Positions 38,111-48,840 are shown, counted from the first letter of the stretch. The stretch: 64,000 nt of DNA from an uncultured Actinomycetota bacterium (GCA_963751085.1 CAVVTH010000004.1:81551-145550); one strand, 5' to 3'. Notes: generated from the sequence alone by a model not told the origin. A program made the numbers and translations.

Positions 38111-39334
38111 TCAGGGCGTCGGGGGCTTCCACAGCACCATGACGCGGCGGTTGAGCGCCTGGTTCGCGGGGGTGTTGTTCTCCGCGACCGGGTCCTCCTC
38201 GCCGTACCCCGCGGTGACCAACCGGACCGGATATCCGTGGAACCGGTCCTGGAGCACCTGGGCGACCGCGTCGGCCCGCTGCGCGGACAGCACGAGGCCG
38301 TGCTCGTGGGAGCCGAGGTTGTCGGTGTAGCCGTGGATGTAGATCGTGCCGGTGATGTTGCGTCCGACGATGGTGTCGGCGAGGCCGTTGATGTCCTGCA
38401 GCGCCGCGGCCGTGAGCACCGCCGAGTCGTACTCGAACTGCACGTTCGGCCCGATCAGCGCCAGCCCCGCATTGGTGCTCGTCGACAGGATGGCCGACTG
38501 GTCGAGCGGGTTGGCGCCGCTGCCCAGCTTCGCCACCCCCTGCTGCGTGGACTCCTTGATGATGGGCGGCACCGTCGCGATGGTGGTGGGCTTGGCCGTC
38601 GGCGTGACCACCGAGACGGCGATGGCGCCCGCGACGGCGTCGGCTCCCGGAAGGAACCTCAGCGTGACCTCGATGACCCCCACGAGCACGGCCAGCAGAG
38701 CCAGGGCCGAGACGGCCCACAGCGCCACCTGACGGCTGGACCGGTTCCGGACCGCGAGGGCCGGCGCGATCGGCCGGCGGACCGGTGCCGCCGTAGCGAG
38801 CGTGGGGTCCGCGGCCGGCGGCGGCGGCACCGGGAAGGCGGCGACCTCCTCCGGCGTGTACTCGCGGACCCCCGCGGAGAGCCGCTCCCGTGCGGTCGCG
38901 ACCAGCGTGTCGGCGATCCCGGCGGCTCCCACCAGGACGCCCAGCTGCCCGAGGACCGCCTCCCGGCTGCCCCAGACCGACAGCGTCTCCAACCGGCCGT
39001 CGGCCGCCAGGGACGAGGAGACCCGCAGGTTCGCCACGACGCGGGCACCCTGCGGCTGAGAGCCGAGGAACGGACCAATGTGGGTGGCGGCCAGAACCCC
39101 CTCCTCCACCTGCGCGCCGCCGACGACGCGGCGCAACGAGGGGGTCCAGGAGATCTCCATGAACGACAGGAGCAGGCCGTCGATGATGGTGGCCGGCGGA
39201 TACGACGCGTAGTCGTGGTGCGAACCCGACACCACCACCGTGGCGCCCGGCGCGAAGCAGTCGAGTGCTGCCGCCCGGTCACCGCCAGCCAGCGCGTCGA
39301 CCAGGCGGTCGAGCACGCCGTACGGGTCCGACAT
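38111..39334 (-). CDS. Membrane protein: N-terminal SnoaL/NTF2-like domain, TM helix and C-terminal OmpA-like peptidoglycan-binding domain
   Basis: GGAGGT RBS. VQFEYDSAVL, IHGYTDNLG..LSAQRADAV, GYGEEDPVAENNT...QALNRRV. The N-terminus has DCFAPGA..ATHIGPFLG. Confidence 0.75.
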   Translation of the reverse strand: MSDPYGVLDRLVDALAGGDRAAALDCFAPGATVVVSGSHHDYASYPPATIIDGLLLSFMEISWTPSLRRVVGGAQVEEGVLAATHIGPFLGSQPQGARVVANLRVSSSLAADGRLETLSVWGSREAVLGQLGVLVGAAGIADTLVATARERLSAGVREYTPEEVAAFPVPPPPAADPTLATAAPVRRPIAPALAVRNRSSRQVALWAVSALALLAVLVGVIEVTLRFLPGADAVAGAIAVSVVTPTAKPTTIATVPPIIKESTQQGVAKLGSGANPLDQSAILSTSTNAGLALIGPNVQFEYDSAVLTAAALQDINGLADTIVGRNITGTIYIHGYTDNLGSHEHGLVLSAQRADAVAQVLQDRFHGYPVRLVTAGYGEEDPVAENNTPANQALNRRVMVLWKPPTP

Positions 39335-39449
39335 GCCACCTCCCGGCCCCCAGGTTTCCATCCCGACCGCCCGTGCTGGACGGGAATCCGCGAAAAGGCC
39401 GTCCGCGTCCCGGCTCCCGGCGGCGGGTCAGCGGCCGCTCAGTGGCCGG

Positions 39450-40268
39450 TCAGCAGCCGTCGCCGAGCCGTTCGGCGGCGAGCTCGCCGATCGTCGCGAA
39501 CCGGGGCAGGACGGCCGTGCCGCGGTCGCGGCCCTCCGGGGCCAGCCCGTCCGCGACGACGGCGACGGCCACCCACCGGTCGTCCCGCTCGAGCAGGGCC
39601 ATGTCGGCGCGCAGCCCGGTCAGCTCGCCGGTCTTGGCCGCGGCATACACGTCCGCCGGCAGGTATGCGGGCAGCCCCGCCACGAACTGCTGGTCTCGCA
39701 TCAGCCCCACGGCCAGCCGCGCCAGCTCGGGCCCGAGAAGGCGACCGGTCCGCAGGGCAGCGAGGAGGTCGGTGAGGTCCTGCGGACAGGTCTCGTTCTC
39801 CAGGCCGGCCGCGGCGGCGGCCGGGTCCATCATCCGGCGACGCAGCCGGGTGTGCCGGGTCGGGACGTCGGCCAGCAGCCGCTCGACGTCGCCGTTCTCG
39901 AGCACGGCCGTGTGCTGAAGGACCGCGTTGGTGGCGTCGTTGTCGCTGAGGGCGATCATCAGCCGCAGCGCCTCGAGCAGCGGCAGGGCGGTCACCGACG
40001 GCAGCAGGCTGAGCGGCCCGCAGCCGCCGACCCGGTGCTCGAAGGGCGCGATCTCGACGCCCTCGGCAAGGTCCAGGCGCCCCTGCTCGACCCGCCGGAG
40101 GACGGCCAAGAGGATCGGCACCTTGATCGTGCTGGCCGACCGCGACACCCGGTCGCCGTCGTGCGACCAGGACCAGCCCCGGTCGTCGCGGACGGCGACG
40201 CCGAGCCGACCGGGCGCCGCCCGGACCACGGCCTCGAGCTGTTCCTCCAGCGAGCCCGTCCCGTCCAC
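39450..40268 (-). CDS. Class A beta-lactamase-like serine hydrolase
   Basis: SASTIK (SxxK), LSDNDATN (SxN) and AKTG (KTG). No signal peptide. Confidence 0.85.
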   Translation of the reverse strand: MDGTGSLEEQLEAVVRAAPGRLGVAVRDDRGWSWSHDGDRVSRSASTIKVPILLAVLRRVEQGRLDLAEGVEIAPFEHRVGGCGPLSLLPSVTALPLLEALRLMIALSDNDATNAVLQHTAVLENGDVERLLADVPTRHTRLRRRMMDPAAAAAGLENETCPQDLTDLLAALRTGRLLGPELARLAVGLMRDQQFVAGLPAYLPADVYAAAKTGELTGLRADMALLERDDRWVAVAVVADGLAPEGRDRGTAVLPRFATIGELAAERLGDGC

Positions 40269-40310
40269 AGCAGCAGTATGCGGCGCGCGGCCCCGTGCCA
40301 GGATGACGAG

Positions 40311-41063
40311 GTGCAGATGCGGGTCCGGGTCCCGGTGGCGACGCTCTGGGTCGCCCCCGACCGACCGCGCACGGTCGACGCCCCGGCCGTCGCCGACGTG
40401 CCGGACGTCGGCGCGTGGCTGGGCGCCCTCGACGCGCATCCCGACGACGGCAAGAACGGCGACGGCCGGGCCGGGCTGCACGGACGGGTGGACACCCAGG
40501 TCCTCGCGGGCGAGCCGGTGACCGTGGTCGGCCACGACGCGGCATACCCGGGGTGGGTGCAGATCGTCTGCCCGTGGCAGCCGAGCTCGCTGGACCCGCG
40601 GGGCTACCCGGGCTGGGTGCGCGAGGCTCATCTCATCGGCGACGACACCGGCGGGCACGGCGATGCGCCCGACGACGAGTCGTGGGCCGCTCGGCCGGGG
40701 CCCGACGGACGCGCCGACCTGGCGCTGGCCCGCGAGCACCTGGGGCTGCCGTACCTGTGGGGTGGGACCTCGCCGCTGGGCCTCGACTGCTCCGGCCTGG
40801 TCCACCTCGTGCACCGTGAGCTCGGCCGCGTCCTGCCCCGTGACGCGCACGACCAGCAGGCGGCCACCGTGCCCGTCGACCCGGCCGAGGCCGCCCCCGG
40901 CGACCTCTTCTTCTTCGCCCGGCCCGGCGAACCGGCCCACCACGTCGGGATCGTGACCGGCGCATACCGGATGATCCACGCGTCGGAGCGGCGGCACGTC
41001 GTCGAGGAGCCGCTCGACGAGCCTCGGCGGGCCACCCTCAGCGGTGCGGGCCGCGTCCGGTGA
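40311..41063 (+). CDS. NlpC/P60 (C40) peptidase, YkfC-like
   Basis: SH3-like TQVLAGE..YPGWV, LGLPYLWGG...GLDCSG, PRDAHDQ, GDLFFF, HHVGI, MIHA. Confidence 0.88.
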   Translation: MQMRVRVPVATLWVAPDRPRTVDAPAVADVPDVGAWLGALDAHPDDGKNGDGRAGLHGRVDTQVLAGEPVTVVGHDAAYPGWVQIVCPWQPSSLDPRGYPGWVREAHLIGDDTGGHGDAPDDESWAARPGPDGRADLALAREHLGLPYLWGGTSPLGLDCSGLVHLVHRELGRVLPRDAHDQQAATVPVDPAEAAPGDLFFFARPGEPAHHVGIVTGAYRMIHASERRHVVEEPLDEPRRATLSGAGRVR

Positions 41064-41395
41064 CGCGCGACGAGGTGCTGGCCTACGCCCTGAGCAAGCC
41101 GGGAGCCTGGCCCGACCAGCCCTGGGAGGGCGACCACGTCGCCAAGGTCGCGGACAAGATCTTCGCGTTCACCGGTGAGACCACCGTGGGAGTCAAGGCC
41201 GGCGCCAACCGCGACGAGGCCGACGAGTGGCTGCGCCAGTACCCGGACGACGCGAGCGTGATGGCCTACATCGGGCGGTCCGGCTGGAACACCCTGCGCC
41301 TCGACGGCGCGATCCCGGACGAGGAGCTGCGCGACGCCGTGGACGCCTCCTACGAGCTCGTCGTGGCGAAGCTGCCCCGGAAACGCCGGCCCTGA
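41060..41395 (+). CDS. MmcQ/YjbR family DNA-binding protein
   Basis: PW....AKV.DKIFA, YIGRSGWNT, DASYELV. Confidence 0.85.
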   Translation: MTRDEVLAYALSKPGAWPDQPWEGDHVAKVADKIFAFTGETTVGVKAGANRDEADEWLRQYPDDASVMAYIGRSGWNTLRLDGAIPDEELRDAVDASYELVVAKLPRKRRP

Positions 41396-41452
41396 CGCCT
41401 CGCCGCGGTGGACGGTGAGATTGCGCCGTGACCGCGGTGTGACACGATGGCA

Positions 41453-41587
41453 CCGACGGAGGGGAGTATCCCCACTCGCGGTTGCCCCGTCATCACGGCG
41501 TCCCCCTTGTGCTGGTCGGCAAGGGTCGGTGCCCGGGGCGCTGGTCCGCCCGGTTCTCGTCCGGGGGGCGGGAGAGACCTCCGGTCG
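41453..41587 (+). ncRNA. yybP-ykoY manganese riboswitch
   Basis: GGAGGGGAGTA, CGTCATCAC and GAGACCTCCG hallmark motifs directly upstream of a TerC/Alx gene. Confidence 0.85.
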
Positions 41588-41620
41588 CCTGCTCCTGCAA
41601 CGTGACCGGAAGGCCTGACC

Positions 41621-42613
41621 GTGGACGTGTCCGCAACCACCTGGTGGATCACCATCGGGGCACTCGTCGTGTTTCTCGTCCTCGACGTGGGCGTCATCGC
41701 CCGGCGCCCGCACGTCCCGTCGATGAAGGAGTGCGCGATCGCGCTCTCGTTCTACGTCACGGCCGCCGTGCTGTTCGGCCTGTGGATCTGGTCGCACTCG
41801 GGAAGCCAGTACGCGGGAGAGTTCTTCGCCGGGTGGCTCACCGAGTACTCCCTCTCGATCGACAACCTCTTCGTCTTCCTGCTCATCATGCGGAAGTTTC
41901 TCGTGCCCGAGAAGCTCCAGCAGGAGGCGCTGGTCATCGGGATCGTCATCGCAATCGTCCTGCGCGGCATCTTCATCGCGCTCGGCGCCGCGGTGATCAA
42001 CGAGTTCGCGTGGGTCTTCTACCTGTTCGGGCTGTTCCTCCTGTACACCGCGGTGAAGCTGGCCCGCGAGGGGACCGGTGAGGACGACGAGTTCAAGGAG
42101 AACCGGGTCCTCCAGTGGGTGGAACGCCGGTTCCCCGTGACGCCCGAGTTCCACGGCGCCAAGATCGCGACCCGGGTCGACGGCAAGCGGCTGCTCACGC
42201 CGATGTTCATCGTCATCGTGGCGCTGGGCACGACGGACCTGCTCTTCGCGCTGGACTCCATCCCCGCCATCTACGGCCTGACCAAGGAGCCGTACCTCGT
42301 CCTCACCGCGAACATCTTCGCGCTGATGGGACTGCGCCAGCTCTACTTCCTCATCGGCGGACTGCTGGAGCGGCTGGTCTACCTCAGCATCGGGCTGTCG
42401 GTCCTGCTGGCGTTCATCGGGGTGAAGCTGATCCTGCACGCCCTGCACGAGAACAACCTGCCGTTCGTCAACGGTGGCGAGCCGTTGGCGGTGCCCGACA
42501 TCCCCATCGCCGTCTCACTCGGCGCCATCGTGGTCATCCTCGGAGTGACGACGGTCGCCAGCCTCGTCAAGAGCGCGCACGACCGCTCGACCGCCGCCCG
42601 CAGCGGCTCCTGA
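41621..42613 (+). CDS. TerC/Alx family membrane protein
   Basis: EYSLSIDNLFVF, LRGIFI, DLLFALDSIPAI, NIFALMGLRQLYF. Confidence 0.93.
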   Translation: MDVSATTWWITIGALVVFLVLDVGVIARRPHVPSMKECAIALSFYVTAAVLFGLWIWSHSGSQYAGEFFAGWLTEYSLSIDNLFVFLLIMRKFLVPEKLQQEALVIGIVIAIVLRGIFIALGAAVINEFAWVFYLFGLFLLYTAVKLAREGTGEDDEFKENRVLQWVERRFPVTPEFHGAKIATRVDGKRLLTPMFIVIVALGTTDLLFALDSIPAIYGLTKEPYLVLTANIFALMGLRQLYFLIGGLLERLVYLSIGLSVLLAFIGVKLILHALHENNLPFVNGGEPLAVPDIPIAVSLGAIVVILGVTTVASLVKSAHDRSTAARSGS

Positions 42614-42627
42614 CCCCTTGACCCGGG

Positions 42628-43545
42628 CTACCCGACCGACGCCGCGCTTTCGGCCGGCACCGAGCGCCGACGGCTCGTCCCCATGACGAGGGCGCTAGCG
42701 CCGACCACCAGGGCCATGCCCAGGAGCTGGCCACCGTTCAGCCGCTGACGCAGGACGAGGAACCCGGCCAGTGCCGCCAGCGCGGGCTCGAGGCTGAGCA
42801 GGATGCCAAAGACCCGGGAGCTCATCCGCCGCAGCGCCAGCAGCTCGAGGGAGTAGGGCAGCACGGACGACAGCACGGCGATGCCCAGACCCTTGAGCAG
42901 GATGACGGCGGTCCACTGCGGCGCCGACCCCAGCCCGAACGGCGCGACCGCGAGCGAGGCGACCACCATGGCGAGGGCCAGACCGTCGAGCTGTGAGAAC
43001 GCGGCCCCCGTTCGCTTGGACAGCACGATGTATGCGGCCCAGCCGGCGCCGGCGAGCGCCGCCAGTCCCAGCCCGACGAGGTCGAGGTCGGTGAACGGCA
43101 CGGTCAGCGCCTGGGAGATGAGGACGACGCCGGCGGCCGCCCCGATGACGGCGGCGAAGTCAAGCGCGCGTCTCGAGAGCACCACGGTGAGGACCAGCGG
43201 TCCGAGGAACTCGATGGTCACGGCGACGCCGATCGGAAGGCGACCCAGGGACGCGTAGAACGACCAGTTCATCCCCCCGAGGGCCAGCCCGAACAGGACG
43301 ACCGTGGCCCACGCTCCACCCGAGTGGCCGCGCAGCCGGGGTCGCGCCACGACGAGCAGGATCGACGTGCCGATGACCAGCCGAAGGGTCACCGACCCGG
43401 CCGCCCCGATGTCGGGCACCAGCGTCGCGGCGAGCGCGCCGCCGAACTGCACCGACACGATGCCGAGGAGCACGAGCACCGGAGCGGGGACCCGGGCGTC
43501 GCGGCCGGGTCCGGGCGTCACGGGCATACGGTCATCCAACGCCAT
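42628..43545 (-). CDS. EamA/DMT transporter (RhtA-like)
   Basis: SVQFGGALA, PIGVAVTIEFLGPL, SSVLPYSLELLALRR, LSLEPA. Confidence 0.9.
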   Translation of the reverse strand: MALDDRMPVTPGPGRDARVPAPVLVLLGIVSVQFGGALAATLVPDIGAAGSVTLRLVIGTSILLVVARPRLRGHSGGAWATVVLFGLALGGMNWSFYASLGRLPIGVAVTIEFLGPLVLTVVLSRRALDFAAVIGAAAGVVLISQALTVPFTDLDLVGLGLAALAGAGWAAYIVLSKRTGAAFSQLDGLALAMVVASLAVAPFGLGSAPQWTAVILLKGLGIAVLSSVLPYSLELLALRRMSSRVFGILLSLEPALAALAGFLVLRQRLNGGQLLGMALVVGASALVMGTSRRRSVPAESAASVG

Positions 43546-43635
43546 CGGCCATGCTCCCGGCCGACTGCCCGGGAGCCCGCCCGACCGCCGGTCCGCTGAT
43601 GGCGGACACGTGGTGAGGTCGAGGCGTCAGGATGG

Positions 43636-45759
43636 TCAGCCCGTGGCGCGGGTCATCTCGCGGAGCTCCTTCTTGAGGTCGCCCAGCTCGTCACGCAGCC
43701 GGGCGGCCAGCTCGAAGTGCAGGTCGGCCGCCGCGGCGTGCATCTGGGTGGTCAGCTCCTGGATCAGCGACGCGAGGTCGGCTGCGGCCATCGACTCGAG
43801 CCGGCCGCCGCCGGACACGTTGACGTCGACGGCCAACGCCCCGCGGCCGCCGCCGGACTTGGTCGCGCGGCCGCGCGACTGCGACCGCCCGCTGCCGAGC
43901 AGCTGTTCGGTGTCGGCGTCCTCGCGGGCCAGCAGGTCCGTGATGTCGGCGATCTTCTTGCGCAGGGGCTGCGGGTCGACGCCGCGCTCCTTGTTGAAGG
44001 CGATCTGCTTCTCGCGCCGGCGGGACGTCTCGTCGAGCGCCTCGCGCATCGACGGGGTGACGTTGTCGGCATACATGTGCACCTGCCCACTGACGTTGCG
44101 GGCCGCTCTACCGATGGTCTGGATGAGGGAGCGCGCCGAGCGCAGGAACCCCTCCTTGTCAGCGTCGAGGATGCAGACCAGCGACACCTCGGGCAGGTCG
44201 AGACCCTCGCGGAGCAGGTTGATGCCGACGAGGACGTCGAACTCCCCCATCCGCAGCTCCCGTAGCAGCTCCACCCGGCGCAGGGTGTCGATGTCGGAGT
44301 GGAGGTAGCGGACCCGGATGCCCTTGTCGAGGAGGTAGTCGGTGAGGTCCTCGGCCATCTTCTTGGTCAGCGTCGTGACGAGGATGCGTTCGTTGCGGCC
44401 GGTCCGCAGGGTGATCTCATGGATGAGGTCGTCGATCTGGCCCTTCGTGGGCTTCAGCACGATCTCGGGGTCGACGAGGCCCGTCGGGCGGATGATCTGC
44501 TCGACCGGCGGCCCCGACGTCGCACTCTTGGCCAGCTCGTAGGGCCCCGGCGTCGCCGACAGGTAGAGGGTCTGGCCGATCCGGTCCAGGAACTCCTCCC
44601 ACATCAGCGGCCGGTTGTCCATGGCGCTCGGCAGCCGGAAGCCGTGGTCGACGAGCATCCGCTTGCGCGACATGTCGCCCTCGTACATCGCCCCGATCTG
44701 CGGGACGGTCTGGTGCGACTCGTCGATGACGAGCAGGAAGTCGTCGGGGAAGTAGTCGATGAGGCAGTTCGGAGCGGACCCGGCGGACCGTCCGTCGATG
44801 TGCCGGGAGTAGTTCTCGATGCCGCTGCACGACCCGACCTGGCGCATCATCTCGATGTCATAGGTGGTGCGCATCCGCAGCCGCTGGGCCTCGAGCAGCT
44901 TGCCCTGCCGCTCCAGCTCAGCCAGCCGGTCGGCCAGCTCGAGCTCGATGCCCGTGATCGCGCGCTCCATCCGCTCCGGCCCGGCGACGTAGTGCGTGGC
45001 CGGGAAGACGTACATCTCGTCCTCCTCGCGGACCACCTCACCGGTCACCGGGTGCAGCGTGTAGATGCGTTCGACCTCGTCACCGAACAGCTCGATCCGG
45101 ATCGCGAGCTCCTCGTAGACCGGGATGATCTCGACGGTGTCACCGCGCACCCGGAAGGTCCCGCGGGTGAACGCCAGGTCGTTGCGGGTGTACTGCATCT
45201 GCACGAACTTCAGCAGCAGCTGGTCGCGGTCCATCTGCTGGCCCACCTTGAGCTGGACCATCCGGTCGACGTACTCCTGCGGCGTCCCTAGGCCGTAGAT
45301 GCACGAGACTGACGCGACCACGACGACGTCACGCCGGGTCAGCAGCGACGACGTCGCGCTGTGGCGGAGCCGCTCCACCTCGTCGTTGATCGACGAGTCC
45401 TTCTCGATGTAGGTGTCGGTCTGCGGGATGTAGGCCTCCGGCTGGTAGTAGTCGTAGTAGGAGACGAAGTACTCGACCGCGTTGTTGGGCAGCAGCTCGC
45501 GGAACTCGTTGGCCAGCTGAGCGGCGAGGGTCTTGTTCGGTGCCATCACCAGCGTCGGCCGCTGGACCTGCTCGATGACCCAGGCGGTGGTCGCCGACTT
45601 GCCGGTGCCGGTGGCGCCGAGCAGCACGACGTCCTGCTCGCCGCCCTTGATCCGTCGTGAGATCTCGTCGATCGCCGTCGGCTGGTCGCCGCTCGGCGAG
45701 AACTCGGAGACCACCTGAAACGGGGCCACCGTGCGCTTGATGTCGGTCGTCGGACGCAT
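43636..45759 (-). CDS. uvrB: Excinuclease ABC subunit B
   Basis: [56 protein letters not shown] and a C-terminal UVR domain. Confidence 0.98.
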   Translation of the reverse strand: MRPTTDIKRTVAPFQVVSEFSPSGDQPTAIDEISRRIKGGEQDVVLLGATGTGKSATTAWVIEQVQRPTLVMAPNKTLAAQLANEFRELLPNNAVEYFVSYYDYYQPEAYIPQTDTYIEKDSSINDEVERLRHSATSSLLTRRDVVVVASVSCIYGLGTPQEYVDRMVQLKVGQQMDRDQLLLKFVQMQYTRNDLAFTRGTFRVRGDTVEIIPVYEELAIRIELFGDEVERIYTLHPVTGEVVREEDEMYVFPATHYVAGPERMERAITGIELELADRLAELERQGKLLEAQRLRMRTTYDIEMMRQVGSCSGIENYSRHIDGRSAGSAPNCLIDYFPDDFLLVIDESHQTVPQIGAMYEGDMSRKRMLVDHGFRLPSAMDNRPLMWEEFLDRIGQTLYLSATPGPYELAKSATSGPPVEQIIRPTGLVDPEIVLKPTKGQIDDLIHEITLRTGRNERILVTTLTKKMAEDLTDYLLDKGIRVRYLHSDIDTLRRVELLRELRMGEFDVLVGINLLREGLDLPEVSLVCILDADKEGFLRSARSLIQTIGRAARNVSGQVHMYADNVTPSMREALDETSRRREKQIAFNKERGVDPQPLRKKIADITDLLAREDADTEQLLGSGRSQSRGRATKSGGGRGALAVDVNVSGGGRLESMAAADLASLIQELTTQMHAAAADLHFELAARLRDELGDLKKELREMTRATG

Positions 45760-45765
45760 ACCCCA

Positions 45766-45787
45766 ACGGTATGCCTGGGGTCCGACA
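45766..45787 (-). promoter_or_regulatory. PafBC/RecA-NDp promoter of uvrB (leaderless)
   Basis: TGTCGG-accccaggca-TACCGT, then 6 nt to ATG 45759. Confidence 0.85.
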
Positions 45788-45829
45788 CCCCCGAACCGGA
45801 GGCGCGGGGGTCTGGGCTCCGGCCCGCTC

Positions 45830-45896
45830 GGCTGCCGGTCGAGCGACTCGGCTGGGGTTCGACCGGCAGCCAAGCGGCTCGACTGCCAGTCGAGCG
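45830..45896. terminator. Tandem hairpins downstream of the GH81 gene
   Basis: GGCTGCCGGTCGA..TCGACCGGCAGCC (13-bp stem), then GCTCGACT..AGTCGAGC. Confidence 0.55.
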
Positions 45897-45985
45897 GCCC
45901 TGGCGAGGCGGCGTCGAGCCGAGACGACACAGAGCCCGCCACCCCCTTCACGGGTGACGGGCCCTGGTCGGGGCGCCCGGGGGTG

Positions 45986-48103
45986 CTACGACGCCCTGGT
46001 CATGAGCCACGCGTACAGGTACGCGCGGCTGTTGCCGTCGTCGACCCACTTCGCGTCCAGGCTCGATGCTTCCTTCAGGGCAGCGGCCGCGTCCTGCTGT
46101 CCCGCCAGGCCGCGGTACATCAGGAGGTAGTCGCCGAACTGCTGCCCGTACCCGGCTCCTGCGGTCGCCTCGGCCACCTGGGCGCGAATCCGGTCGGGAT
46201 CGCCGGCGAGGTACGCGGCCGAGCTCGGGCTCGCAGGGAGCACGAGGATGGCCAGCATGGCCGCCGGCGACGGGGAGAACCACGTGGCGTAGTCGCGCTT
46301 ACCACCCCAGGTCAACGAGAAGATCTGGTGCCCGAAGCCCTGGTACACCGGGTCGCTCTTGTCGATGCGCAGCCCGTAGAGCAGCGCGGTCGCCTGCTCC
46401 CCGGCCAGCATCCAGGTCGCCTCCGCCTTGAGCGGCTGGTTGTTGGTGCTGTCGGCCCAGATACTCAACCCGGTCCAGGCGGTGACCGCCTCGGAGGTGC
46501 TCTCCTGGTTGTTGCCGTCCGCGAACGGCGAAGTGCCGCTGGCCCACGAGTGCGCGTTGTAGGCGTCGAAGGCCCGGCGGTCGGGGAACAGTCCCTTGGT
46601 CCCGGTGCCGGCGATGTCAGCAGCGACGAGATCCATGACCGGCTGCCACTTGGCCACCAGGGCCGGGTCGTTCGCGGCGAGCAGGCCCGCCGTGTAGAGG
46701 AAGTACCCGTAGTGGAAGTGGTGGTCGTTGTACTCGTCAGAACCGAACGAGGGGGTGAGCCCGATCATGCCCTTGCCCTGCGCGTCGTAGACGAAGCAGA
46801 ACGCGGGGCGCTTGGCGCAACCCTGCGGATCGGTCCACTGGTCGAGCTGGGTCACGAGCTTCGCCTTGAGCGGCGTCGCGACGTCCTCGAGCCCTAGCTG
46901 GGTCGCCAGCTGGTACAGCTGCGCCGACCGGTAGAGGGCCTTGCCGCCGAAGTACGTGTCGGCCGGGAAGTCCTTGGTGTCGGCCACGTCCTTGCGGACC
47001 TGCTCCGCCAGAGTCGCCTTGTCGGCGTTGCTGAGCTTGCCGAGGTCCAACTGGGTGGTGACGGCCCGGGTGGGCTCGCTCCATGTCAGCGTGTCGCCGC
47101 GGCAGACCGAGAGGGTCCCGTAGGCGCTCGGGAAGGTCCCGAGGTCGCAGGTCGTCCCGCCGGCCAGGCCGGCCTTCTGATGCGGCATCACGGCCACGAC
47201 CCCGTCGCCGCCGCCCTCGTGGGCGTAGGTGAGGGTGGTGGTCGCGGAGTCGCCGGCGACGGCATACGCGGTCTTGCCGGAGGCCACGGGCGCGACCGCC
47301 GAGGCCATCGCCGCGGCGTTACCGCCGTCGGGGACGGCGAACCAGGTCACCCGTCCGCCGGGCTCGACAGAGACGCCGGTACCGCTGGCGGTGGCCTTGT
47401 CGAGCAGAAGCCCGTAGGTGCGCCCGGCGACCGTGACGGTCGGTGGCTCGCCCGCGGTGAAAGACACGTTCTGACCAAGGGTGACCGCGTCGGTGGCCGT
47501 GAAGGTGACCGACGGCGACCCCTGGGCCAGCACCGTGTGGCCGAGGGCCTTGCCTCCGCTACCCCGCTGCTCGAGGGTGACCGTGAGGTCGTCGTAGGCC
47601 GACACGACGGTCGACTCGACGCCCGGCACGGTCACGGTGACGTCGGAGACGGCCCCGCCGATGATCGCCTTGTCGGACGTGACGACCTTCGGGACGCCGA
47701 ACCCGAATCCGGTCTTCTGCTCGGTGAAGCTGAGCGGGACCGCGAACACGGGAAGCGCCTCCGGCCCGAGGGCCAGGCTGGAGAACCACTTGTTCGTCGG
47801 CGGGACCAGGCCCTGCGCCAGGCGGTCGGCCTGGAGCGGCTTCGGCGTCCTCTGGACGACGGCGGCGACGCTCTTCTGGAGGGTCGCCGGGTCGAGGACG
47901 GCGGTGTCGGCGTCACCGCTGCCCTGGACGCCCGAGCTGGAGCTGGCGGGGTCGCCGCCCTGGCTCGAGCCCGTGGTGCAGGCGCTCACGGTGGCGAGCG
48001 CCGCGACGGCGAGGACGGCGAGTCCCGCACGCAGCGGTCCGGCCCGGCCCCGGTGGGTCGCCTGGCGGCGGCCCACCCCGATCAGGGTATGCAGGGTTCG
48101 CAT
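45986..48103 (-). CDS. GH81 endo-1,3-beta-glucanase, lipoprotein
   Basis: [46 protein letters not shown]. Lipobox VSAC. Confidence 0.9.
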   Translation of the reverse strand: MRTLHTLIGVGRRQATHRGRAGPLRAGLAVLAVAALATVSACTTGSSQGGDPASSSSGVQGSGDADTAVLDPATLQKSVAAVVQRTPKPLQADRLAQGLVPPTNKWFSSLALGPEALPVFAVPLSFTEQKTGFGFGVPKVVTSDKAIIGGAVSDVTVTVPGVESTVVSAYDDLTVTLEQRGSGGKALGHTVLAQGSPSVTFTATDAVTLGQNVSFTAGEPPTVTVAGRTYGLLLDKATASGTGVSVEPGGRVTWFAVPDGGNAAAMASAVAPVASGKTAYAVAGDSATTTLTYAHEGGGDGVVAVMPHQKAGLAGGTTCDLGTFPSAYGTLSVCRGDTLTWSEPTRAVTTQLDLGKLSNADKATLAEQVRKDVADTKDFPADTYFGGKALYRSAQLYQLATQLGLEDVATPLKAKLVTQLDQWTDPQGCAKRPAFCFVYDAQGKGMIGLTPSFGSDEYNDHHFHYGYFLYTAGLLAANDPALVAKWQPVMDLVAADIAGTGTKGLFPDRRAFDAYNAHSWASGTSPFADGNNQESTSEAVTAWTGLSIWADSTNNQPLKAEATWMLAGEQATALLYGLRIDKSDPVYQGFGHQIFSLTWGGKRDYATWFSPSPAAMLAILVLPASPSSAAYLAGDPDRIRAQVAEATAGAGYGQQFGDYLLMYRGLAGQQDAAAALKEASSLDAKWVDDGNSRAYLYAWLMTRAS

Positions 48104-48840
48104 CACTTGAGTCCGATCTTGATGAGGAAGGCGCGCAGCCCGTCGGTCGGGCCGGCGAGGGGTCCGTCGTCGCGCAGCGACAGGGTCGCGGCGACGGGCG
48201 TGCCCGGGTGGGTCAGCTCGGCGATCTGCGGGTCCTTGAGCGCGTCGCTGGCGACGGTGACCCGCGTCTTGGCCTGGCCGTTCTCGGTCTGCACCGAGAC
48301 CGACTGGACGGTGCCGTCGACGGTGCGGTCGTCCGGCAGCCGCAGGCTGACCGCGCCGCCCTTGACGATCCGCTCGTAGTCGCGCGGCGAGAGAATGAAG
48401 TCGGCCAGCGCGTACTGCGAGCCGTCCGAGGTGATGGTGGCGAGGTTCGCGCCGTTCTGGACGAACCCGCCGGCCTGGGCGACGACGTCGGAGAGCCGGC
48501 CGCCGCTGAGGGCCTTGTACGTCACGGTCGACGCCTTGGTGTCGACGTCGAACGCGTCGGTGGACGTCACCTTGAGACCCTGCGAGAGGTCACGCTGCAG
48601 GTCGGGGCTGTTGACGGTGAAGAGCGGCTGTCCCTTCTTTACCTCGTCGCCGTCCTTGACGCTCACCCCGGTGACGACCCCGCCGTACGCGGCGCCGACC
48701 GAGGCCTGCGCCGAGACCACCTGTCCGGTGGTGCTGAGGGCCTGGGCCTGGCGCTGGTTGAACACCAGCGTGAGCACGGCGGTGAGGGCGAGGACGGCGA
48801 GGATGCCGCCGAAGAGTCGGAATCGCTGGGTCCAGGTCAT
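48103..48840 (-). CDS. HlyD/membrane-fusion-like protein (TM anchor, split lipoyl-like domain, beta-barrel, no long helical hairpin)
   Basis: N-terminal TM, YGGVVTGVSVKDGDEVKKGQPLF and GGRLSDV..AGGFVQNGANLATI half-motifs. ATGA and TGATG overlaps with its neighbours. Confidence 0.75.
   Translation of the reverse strand: MTWTQRFRLFGGILAVLALTAVLTLVFNQRQAQALSTTGQVVSAQASVGAAYGGVVTGVSVKDGDEVKKGQPLFTVNSPDLQRDLSQGLKVTSTDAFDVDTKASTVTYKALSGGRLSDVVAQAGGFVQNGANLATITSDGSQYALADFILSPRDYERIVKGGAVSLRLPDDRTVDGTVQSVSVQTENGQAKTRVTVASDALKDPQIAELTHPGTPVAATLSLRDDGPLAGPTDGLRAFLIKIGLK

Noticed and set aside
39450-40268. Antibiotic-resistance beta-lactamase
   Set aside because: No signal peptide, and the context points to cell-wall peptide recycling.
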